In this document: piece after piece, positions 54,040 through 64,000 of the stretch
Layout: each line of letters begins with the position of its first letter
How positions within the stretch are numbered: position 1 is the first letter of the stretch
Assembly (NCBI GenBank): GCA_964016885.1
Contig: OZ024747.1
Coordinates: forward strand, 65,534,001 to 65,598,000
Source: Eledone cirrhosa
Taxonomy: Eukaryota
Direction of reading: 5' to 3'
Length of the DNA stretch: 64,000 nt
The notes under the pieces: model-generated
What the model was told of the DNA's origin: nothing
Seen by the model: only the letters and a program-made list of their open reading frames with translations
Database searches by the model: none
Made by a program: the position numbers and the translations under genes

Positions 54040-55515
54040 AACCTCTACCACCCTCCTCCTGCTGACCAACCTCCACCCACCCTCCTCCTGCTGACCAGCC
54101 TCCACCTACCCTCCTCCTGTTGACCAACCTCCACCTACCCTCCTCCTGTTGACCAACCTCCACCCACCCTCCTCCTGCTGACCAGCCTCCACCCACCCTC
54201 CCCCAGTTGACCAACCTCTACCACCCTCCTCCTGTTGACCAACCTCCACCCACCCTCCTCCTGTTGACCAACCTCCACCCACCCTCCTCCTGCTGACCAG
54301 CCTCCACCCACCCTCCTCCTGTTGACGAACCTCCACCCACCCTCCTCCTGTTGACGAACCTCCACCACCCTCCTCCTGTTGACCAACCTCCACCCACCCT
54401 CCTCCTGTTGACCAACCTCCACCCACCCTCCTCCTGTTGACGAACCTCAACCCACCCTCCTCCTGTTGACGAACCTCAACCCACCCTCACCCAGTTGACC
54501 AACCTCCACCCACCCTCCTCCTGTTGACCAACCTCCACCCACCCTCCTCCTGTTGACGAACCTCCACCCACCCTCCTCCTGCTGACCACCTCCACCCACC
54601 CTCCTCCTGTTGACGAACCTCCACCCACCCTCCTCCTGCTGACCAACCTCCACCCACCCTCCTCCTGTTGACGAACCTCCACCCACCCTCCTCCTGCTGA
54701 CCAACCTCCACCCACCCTCCTCCTGCTGACCAACCTCCACCCACCCTCCTCCTGTTGACGAACCTCCACCCACCCTCCTCCTGCTGACCAGCCTCCACCC
54801 ACCCTCCTCCTGTTGACGAACCTCAACCCACCCTCACCCAGTTGACCAACCTCCACCCACCCTCCTCCTGTTGACCAACCTCCACCCACCCTCCTCCTGC
54901 TGACCAACCTCCACCCACCCTCCTCCTGTTGACCAACCTCCACCCACACTCCTCCTGTTGACCAACCTCCACCCACCCTCCTCCTGCTGACCAGCCTCCA
55001 CCCACCCTCCTCCTGTTGACGAACCTCAACCCACCCTCACCCAGTTGACCAACCTCCACCCACCCTCCTCCTGTTGACCAACCTCCATCTACCCTCCCCC
55101 AGTTGACCAACCTCCACCCACCCTCCTCCTGTTGACGAACCTCCACCCACCCTCACCCAGTTGACCAACCTCCACCCACCCTCCTCCTGTTGACCAACCT
55201 CCATCTACCCTCCCCCAGTTGACCAACCTCCACCCACCCTCTTCCAGTTGACCAACCTCCACCCACCCTCCCCCAGTTGACCAACCTCCACCCACCCTCC
55301 CCCAGTTGACCAACCTCCAGCTACCCTCCCCCTGTTGACCAACCTCCATCTACCCTCCCCAAGTTGACCAGCCTCCAGCTACCCTCCCCCTGTTGACCAA
55401 CCTCCACCCACCCTCCCCCAGTTGACCAACCTCCAGCTACCCTCCTCCTGTTGACCAACCTCCATCTACCCTCCCCCAGTTGACCAACCTCCACCCACCC
55501 TCCTCCAACTGACCA
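54040..55515. repeat. 29-bp strongly C/G-skewed minisatellite, ~51 copies (CCACCCACCCTCCTCCTGTTGACCAACCT)
   Basis: Direct inspection. Confidence 0.97.
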
Positions 55516-55544
55516 ACAAGACAGCAGTTTGTGACCAGTTACTG

Positions 55545-56760
55545 GTGAGAACATTAGGACATGGGTGTTAGGATAGGTAAGGACATTAGGACATGGGTGT
55601 TGTGCCAGGTGAGAAAGTTAGGACATGGGTGTTGTGCCAGGTGAGAAAGTTAGGACATTGCTCTTGTGACAGATAAGAATGTTAAGACATGAGTGTTAGG
55701 ATAGGTAAGGACATTAGGACATGGGTGTTGTGCCAGGTGAGAAAGTTAGGACATTGCTCTTGTGACAGGTAAGAATGTTAAGACATGTGTGTTAGGATAG
55801 GTAAGGACATTAGGACATGGGTGTTGTGCCAGGTGAGAAAGTTAGGACATTTCTCTTGTGACAGGTGAGAACGTTAGGACATGGGCGTTGTGCCAGGGGA
55901 GAAAGTTAGGACATTGCTGTTGTGACAAGTGAGAACGTTAGGACATGAGTGTTAGGATAGGTAAGGACATTAGGACATGGGTGTTGTGCCAGGTGAGAAA
56001 GTTAGGACATGGGTGTTGTGCCAGGTGGGAAAGTTAGGACATGGGTGTTGTGCCAGGTGAGAACGTTAGGACATGAGTGTTAGGATAGGTAAGGACATTA
56101 GGACATGGGTGTTGTGCCAGGTGAGAAAGTTAGGACATGGGTGTTGTGCCAGGTGAGAAAGTTAGGACATGGGTGTTGTGCCAGGTGAGAACGTTAGGAC
56201 ATGAGTGTTAGGATAGGTAAGGACATTACAACATTGCTGTTGTGCGAGGTGAGAAAGTTAGGACATGTGAAGTTAAAACATTGGTGCTGAGAGAGGTGAG
56301 AAAGTTAAGACATTGTTATTGTGACAGGTGAGAAAGTTAAGAGACAAGTTGAGAAGAGTAAGGAAACTAAGACATTGGTGTTAGGAGAGGTGAGGAAACT
56401 AAGACATTGGTGTTAGGAGAGGTGAGGAAACTAAGACATTGGTGTTGGGAGAGGTGAGGAAACTAAGACATTGGTGTTGGGAGAGGTGAGGAAATTAAGA
56501 CATTGGTGTTGGGATGGGAAAGGTGAGGAAACTAAGACATTGGTGTTGAGAGAGGTGAGGAAATTAAGACATTGGTGTTGGGATGGGAAAGGTGAGGAAA
56601 TTAAGACATTGGTGTTGAGAGAGGTGAGGAAATTAAGACATTGGTGTTGGGAGAGGTGAGAAAATTAAGATATTGGTATTGTGACAGGTGAGAAAGTTAA
56701 GAGACAAGTTGAGAAGAGTAAGGAAACTAAGACATGGTATCGAGAGAGGTGAGGAAATTA
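55545..56760. repeat. 32-bp minisatellite with two related unit types
   Basis: TTAGGACATGGGTGTTGTGCCAGGTGAGAAAG grades into AAGACATTGGTGTTGGGAGAGGTGAGGAAACT. Confidence 0.9.
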
Positions 56761-57473
56761 CAAGAAACTGACAAATAGAGTAAAGTCATTAAAATTATGA
56801 ACTTAAAAATTTATTTTTACATTCCACACTAAGAGATATTTCTAAGCTATCAGATGTAGACACAGAAATAGCCATGTTATTTAAGAAGTCAACTTCTAAA
56901 CTATCAGATGTAGACACAGCAATGGCCATGGTATTTAAGAAGTCAACTTCACAATCAAATGCTTTTGAGTTCAAAAAAAGTTGCTACACTACGTTGTTGT
57001 TGTTCTGGTTGTTGTTACAGATCATACATATATAGTTTAGATACATAGGAATTTGGATGATAGAAACTGCAGAAGACTTATGTATATATATATACACACA
57101 GACACACACTCATATACTTATATATACACACACACACACTCATATACTTACACACACATACACACACTCATATACACACACATACTTATATATACACTCA
57201 TATATACACACACATACTTATATACACACACACATATATACACACACATATATATACACACACACACACATATATACACACACATATATATACACACACA
57301 TACATATATACATACACACATATACATACATGAACCGTGCTACGTTAGAGCCACTTCTAATAAATACATATATTTGAATATACATGCACATACACAAATA
57401 CACGCATGTGTGCATGCACATGTGATCATAGTTGCAATCTAATGACTGAAACCAGTAAAGGAGTATAAATTAC

Positions 57474-57588
57474 CTTAGGTTTAAATACAATAGTGACATC
57501 ATGCGTCTGTTGTGGGGCCAATATACCTTCAGAGCATTGGATTTCAAATGGGTCAACCGTTGACCACTTTATTTCCAATGGGACTTCT
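57474..57588 (-). CDS. CFAP65: CFAP65-like exon B (EVPLEIKWSTVDPFEIQCSEGILAPQQTHDVTIVFKPK)
   Basis: ttgtgttacAG / AAG|GTAATT; 115 nt, phase 2 to 0, compatible with exon A. ASH/MSP signature W..PF....G.L.P.Q...V.F.P. Confidence 0.92.
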
Positions 57589-57744
57589 CTGTAACACAAA
57601 GATGAACAATAGATTAATACAATATGACGTGATGTAAGGAGAAGAAGAAAACAAAAGGAAACATTAAAAGCCAAAACTAAAAACCCTGGAGATGTAAACC
57701 TTGGAGATATGTGTGTGTGTGTATTAAGGTGAAAATAATTTAAA

Positions 57745-58550
57745 CACGCTAGCATGGGTTAGACGGTTTTGTTCCATTCAATGTGGAAATGGTCAGGAGA
57801 CCATGCCTTGCTTGCACGGAAGCATCTCTGGCAGGTTTTTTACAGATGGATGCCCTTCCTAACACCAACCTTATTTACAGTGTGGACTGGGAGCCTTTTC
57901 ACCGTGTCTCCTACACGGCCACCTTACAGTGTGGACTGTTGTGTCATCGACACAGTGGATGGAACGGGAGATGGAGGATGGGGTAAAAGTGTGGGGTGGG
58001 GTGTACATTGGGTTAAGAGGTGCCTACTGACTGTAGGTTTGTATGCAATGGCAGTTGGGTCTTCTGTATAACTGCATGGTGCCAAAGGTCCGGATCCAGT
58101 GTCATCCAGATACATTGTCTTAGAGAGGTGTAAGTGAACAAGGTCAGTTTTTATCACCTCATCCCAGGTTTTTCTTGGTCTACCCACTCCGTAGCTTCTA
58201 TCAATTTCCATTGCCCTGCACTTTTTTATACAGCTGTTGTCCTTCATACGCATCATATGTCCATACCAACGCAGTCCCCTTTCCAGAACACAACATTTGA
58301 TACCTCTTATGCTTAGTCTCCCTCTTAATTCATTTATGCTTCGCCTTTCGTGCACATTACTATTACACATCCAGTGGGGCATGCAAACTTCATTTCTTTC
58401 TAATCTATGCAGGTCTTCAGCACACAATGCCCAAGTTTCACTACCATGTAATATCGCCGTTTGTATACATGCATCATACAATCTGCCTTTCATTTTTAGA
58501 GAAAAACCACTTGTGGCCAATAGCGGTATTAGCTCTCTGAACTTTTTCCA
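57745..58550 (-). mobile_element. RTE LINE 3' fragment
   Basis: WKKFRELIPLL...HGSETW...LRWYGHMMR...GRPRKTW. Confidence 0.92.
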
Positions 58551-58773
58551 TATATATATATATGAACTTTCTCCATATATATATATATATGAGTCCTGGG
58601 TTCTATCAGGAGTAACAACATTAAGTAAGGAAATCAATACATTAGTAGAGTGTATACAACAAATTTAATAGAGAAATGACTTCTACAAGACTGAAACTGT
58701 TTTATTCAAAGGAAGTCATTAGGAAACAGTTCTAACACTTCTAGTCCTATAGAAGCCATTTCTATATTAAATT

Positions 58774-58806
<33 letters not shown>

Positions 58807-58816
58807 CATATATATA

Positions 58817-58847
<31 letters not shown>

Positions 58848-59305
58848 AATTACATATATATATATATATATATATTTGTTTATTCAGCAAGAATCTTGAT
58901 TTGAAATCACATATTGAAACCGATATTGTTATATTTCGGAATGGTCATTTTGTTAATTAAACACATGCACCATATAATTTTCACTTGATCTTTATTCTTC
59001 CACAGAAGAATAAAGATAAAGTGAAAGTTATATAGTACATGTGTTCAATTGGTAAAATGACCATCACCATATATACTTTAGACAATCTTGACTTGATTCT
59101 TTCTGTGAGTGAGTATATTTATCATTATCATTATATATGTGTACATGATACTAGTTCTTTATCAACTAGATATATGAAAGAGACTTCTTTGGTATATCGT
59201 TTAAATTCGTATAATTTATGCTCTGAACTTAATGTCCATTGAGCTTCCTTTTGTTGAGTAACTTAATTGATATACATTATATATGTATAGATTTAACCTA
59301 ATTAT

Positions 59306-59337
<32 letters not shown>

Positions 59338-59679
59338 GATTTAACCTAATTATAGTATATATATATATATATATATGTATGTATAGATTTAACCTAATTA
59401 TAGTATATATATATAACAAAGTGGGTGTGTTAAGAAACCAGGTAGACCATAACGCACGCGAGTGCTCAATGCTTAGGGGTCCTGTCTCTTTTCCTATATA
59501 TATACACATATACATATATATATGAAACAGGTCTAGTCCTGTAGAATCTCATCTATATTAAAAAAATATATATATATATTATATATATACATATATACAT
59601 ATTCATTTTATTAAGGCTGAATAGTGAGTCTTGTTTATCACAGAGTCATCAGACAAGAACTTGTCTGATGACTGTGTAT

Positions 59680-60165
59680 GATGGAATCTCTCTCACCATT
59701 TTTGACACAAAAAGGCCAACAAATTTTACTTTTGCACTCCACATTATAGTGTTTATATCGTCTACACTAAACCTGATCAGCTTTTACAAACCAGACTGCA
59801 TCTACACAGCAAATGTTGCACAGAGACTGCATTCTTTCGACCTTACCTCAGATTATTTAACTGCTTTACCTTTGTGTTGAGATGATACTTGATGCCACTA
59901 TGACATGTTTTTCTTTACCTATTATGGTCAGCAGCAGTTTCTGCAAATATTTGTGCTTGTATTCCAATATATCTGATATTATCTTTCAGCTCATCCTTGT
60001 ACCTAATAAGAAGTCTTCCTATGTTACTACGCATCCCCACCTGAAGTTGGCCATAAGTGAGAATTTTCAGCAATTTTACATCATTCATCCTAACAAGGTC
60101 AGACCATTTTAATTGAGACTGCATCAAAAAAGCCTTTATAATTTGTAGACCTCCCTCATAATAGG
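59680..60165 (-). mobile_element. Old RTE/BovB-like LINE C-terminal fragment (different lineage)
   Basis: LMQSQLKWS.LVRM.D.KL.K.LTYGQL..G.R...GR...RYKD.LK.N. Confidence 0.75.
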
Positions 60166-60980
60166 ACTACCCAGCTCCCAAACTATGGTTCCGATGTAAA
60201 CAGAGTACGGTGCCACCCAGTTCCCCACTGTAAATGTGGTTGGTGTTAGAAAGGGCATCCAGCTGTAAAAATCCCAGCCAAAATACAGTTCCATCTGTGC
60301 AAGGTATGGTGCAGCCAGCTGGCCAGACTTGTCTCATTACGTGGGCAACCCATCTAACCCATGCAAGCATGGAAAAATAGACATTAAATGCTGATGATAT
60401 TGATGATATTACATTTATGAAACAATAGTTCACTTGAGACTTTTTCCTTTCATGTGAAACCAGATATTTCTAACACATCTCTTATGGTGAGTATCTAGCT
60501 GTGTGATATGTATCAGTTTGGACAAAATAATCTAAGTCATATTCTTATCACTATCATAAATCTTTCATGGAAAAGCAGCCATATCATGAGGATGATTATA
60601 ATTCTTTCATATTTATTAACTTATAAGTCTTCCATATATATATATATATATACACACACACATATATACATATATGGAGAGAGAGGGGGGGGGAGAGAGA
60701 AAGGGGGAGAGAGAGAGAGCTTTATATATATATATAGATATATATATAAATAGATATATATGTATATATATATAAATATATGTATAGATATAGATATATC
60801 CTGAAATCATCAAGTAAACAACTTTTTTTAGTATTAAATTAATCACGTATTAAGGTGAAAAAATAATTATAATTAAAATTTTCAACAAACAACAGCATCT
60901 GGCAGCTATACTGGAGATGTTCACATCTTTGCTCTTTTTAATCACTTCATAATAACATTAACATTTTTATTGATAATATG

Positions 60981-61016
<36 letters not shown>

Positions 61017-61427
61017 GGTCACTGGTTGTGACTTGGTGATAACTCGTATGAACATAAAGCAAGATAAATGCAACTGTAATAATAATAATAATGTTACTGA
61101 TGCTGGTAATGGTGATGATGATATTGCTGATAGTGATGATGATAATGATAATGGTGATGATGATAATGTTGAAGATGATGATGACAGTGATGGTGATGAT
61201 GGTGGTGATGGGGATGGTGATGATGATGATGGTGGTGGTGGTGATGATCATGATGATGTTTATCCTTGAGGCCATTGTTTTATCAACCTATATTTCAAAA
61301 TAACACCTTAACACAAACAACATAAATATTGAATATTCAATATATGTTAATTATGTCAATATCCTTAATTAAAACTGAAAATTTGATTTACAATTTACAT
61401 TTACAACAGTCAGCATAAAAGTGGAAA

Positions 61428-61620
61428 ATATATTATTTTCTTATGATATTACTATGGCACAGATGAGCAGGATGTGGTTCTATGACACCTCTTATATATT
61501 ATTTTCTTATGATATTACTATAAAGCACATGAGCAAGATGTGGTTCTATGACTCCGCTTATATATTATTTTCTTATGATATTACTATGGTGCACATGGAC
61601 AAGATGTGGTTCTATGACCC
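61428..61620. repeat. ~66-bp direct repeat x3
   Basis: ATATTATTTTCTTATGATATTACTAT...GATGTGGTTCTATGAC. Confidence 0.85.
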
Positions 61621-61789
61621 ATCTTATCTCTGACTATGCTAACTTGAAAAATGGACATAATACAATGATGATTGTGATGATGATGACAATGACGATGGTG
61701 ATAGTGATGGAGGTAATGATGGTGATGGTGATGATGACAGTGACAATGACAATGGTGGTGATCATGGGGATGGTGATGTTGATAATAGC

Positions 61790-61825
<36 letters not shown>

Positions 61826-63341
61826 ACAAATGTTAAGAAAAACATCTTTTGCTGTTGTGGTTAAGATGTTTATTTAACAAGCTTTTGCTGCTGTGGTTAA
61901 TACTTTTTGCTACCAACCTTCAAGAAACCATCTATGGTTTTATGATTCAAAACTGTCTATTTTTTAATGTTCAAACTTCCATCATAATTTTATTTAAGAA
62001 ATAATTTTTAAGTGTTGTTCAAAACATCAATTTTCTATTGTAAAAGCTATTTTATTAAATTACTCCAAATTTTGGATTCTATTCCAAATTAATTGAAACA
62101 CATAGCCAGTATATTTCATTAGAAATATGGTAATGAAAAGGTTGAGGTGGCAAATTGCCAGAGTCATTAAAATGTCGAATAGAATACTTTGGAACATTTG
62201 TTCTGGCTCTCTGAGTTCAAATCCTGCCTTTCATCCTTTCGAGGTCAATAAAAAAAAGTACCAGTCTAGTACTGGGGTTGATTTTTCATCTATATCTCTT
62301 TCTCACTTCCCCTCTATCACTCTCTTTCCCTGGAAAAAAAATTGGCTGTGTTCAGGCTTAGAGAGAATATGGGTTTATCAAGATTAAAAATTGCCCCCAA
62401 AATGCTGTATGTCACTGTGGTGCCTCTACAACTCCATCACGAGTTACGGGTTAAGAGAAGAGAGAGAAGAGTGAAACTGCTAACATGTTTACATCACATT
62501 CATATAGTTCCAGTAAAGGAGGCCAACAGGCATCTGCTACACCTAGAGGGAGACAACGACACTAACAATCTGTTGCCTCTCTGGTCCTCTTGGGCTTACC
62601 TGATCAACAGTGAACACAGAGGTCCCACTTCTGCCATGATAAAATGCACCCAGTGCATTCTGCATAGTAATGGTGCCGGTATTACTATACAATACAATCA
62701 GTACACACCAAAGCATTAGTACTTAATGCCATGATAATAAGCACCCAGTACGATATGCAAAGTAGTAGTGCTGGAGCCACAATGAAATGCACCCTGTACA
62801 TTCTGCAAAGTGGTAATGCTGGTGCCATGATAAAATATACCCAATACACTCTGTAAATTAGTAGTGCTGGTGCCATGATAAAATGCACCCAGTAAACTCT
62901 GCAATACCTTGTGAGTGAATCTGGTAGAAAGACACTGTATTGAAACCTGTAGTTGCTTTCTCAACCAATAGTTATGAATAGTTTTAGTTTCAACACAACC
63001 ATCTCAGATCAAGAAACTTACCAAGCAAACTTCCGACAGTCGATCAACAAGATCCCAGACCTTGTCAAATCAGATTGAGGAAACAATGTTTCCATTAGTC
63101 TTTCCATATACTATCTAACTCAAATCCAGGCAGAAGGAGCAACATGAAATAAAATGTCTTGCTCAAGGACATAACACATCGCCTGGTCCGAGACTCAAAC
63201 TCACAACCTCACGATTGTGAATCCAATTTTCTAACCACTCTGCCACGCACCTACACAATGCAACTCTAAGACTATATAATATCTGTAATTTTAAATTAAT
63301 TGTTTTTAATATATCCAAAGAATCTGAAATTTGTGACTTAC

Positions 63342-63475
63342 CCGACATTCTTGACCTTTAAATGTGACACAGTTTGACTAAATACACTACATACAGGTAG
63401 GGTCACAGATTTGGGGAACCTTATATCTTGTTTTGGTAGGGATCCAAGTAATTCAACAGAAAATGTGATTCCTTC
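63342..63475 (-). CDS. CFAP65: CFAP65/CCDC108-like internal exon A (EGITFSVELLGSLPKQDIRFPKSVTLPVCSVFSQTVSHLKVKNV-G)
   Basis: Acceptor tttttatatttccAG, donor GG|GTAAGT; 134 nt, phase 0 to 2. Resembles recalled human CFAP65 EGMFCVGLRATLP...LPMCAV...LDNVG. Confidence 0.88.
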
Positions 63476-64000
63476 CTGGAAATATAAAAATATAAGAACA
63501 TAACTTCAATATATGTCTGATAGCACTATATTACAAAGTTCCTTATATATGAAGTATCTACTAATATAGTTATTTATATATGAAGTATATACCATAATAT
63601 ATAGTTCCTTCTATATGCAGTGTATAGCATTATATATTAGAGTACTATACCATATAGTTTCTTATATATAAAATATATACCAATATATAGTGCCTTATAT
63701 CTAAATTACCTACCAATGAAGGATATCCCATTATATGTCTGAGAGTATTATATTATATAGGTCAACTTTGCCTTTCATCCTTGGGGGGGTCGATAAAATA
63801 AAGTACCAGTAATACACTGGGATAATTGCTGGCCTTGTGCCAAAAGTAGAAACAATTATATAGGATAAAGACCCCCTTCGGTCATGAGTGACCATGGGAT
63901 TTATACCTAGAAAGTTTCCCTCCGAAGCACAAGCCTGAGTAAGGTTTGTTTATGGAGGATCAGCAGTCTCCCTGCTCCATGCCACTGATGTTTTCCAAGA

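Noticed and set aside
54032-55554. Gly/Trp-rich minus-strand ORFs
   Set aside because: Frame-cycling products of the 29-bp minisatellite.

Overview
AT-rich, microsatellite-dense animal genomic DNA. The repeat landscape (RTE LINEs with (GAT)n tails, CORE-like and other tRNA-SINEs, TTAA MITEs, Penelope-like fold-backs) suggests an octopod cephalopod; this is an inference. The only host gene I can support is on the minus strand: seven internal GT-AG exons (63475 down to 28706) that splice in frame into 276 aa. They align colinearly with my recollection of the N-terminal ASH/MSP Ig-like region of human CFAP65 (CCDC108). No database search was run. The start and stop lie outside the window, and I found no further exon in 1-28705, so that intron appears to exceed 28.7 kb. 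The rest is intronic: RTE, R4/Dong, CR1 and Penelope-like retroelement remnants, Helitron and mariner fragments, hAT and piggyBac-like MITEs, SINEs, several long minisatellites and unique non-coding islands. The most notable unexplained structure is a recurring set of inverted-repeat elements built from type I hammerhead-ribozyme motifs, including a near-perfect ~220-bp-arm hairpin with a hammerhead in each arm. A forkhead-motif-dense minisatellite also lies inside this motile-cilia gene. Almost all ORFs in the supplied track are microsatellite or minisatellite artefacts.
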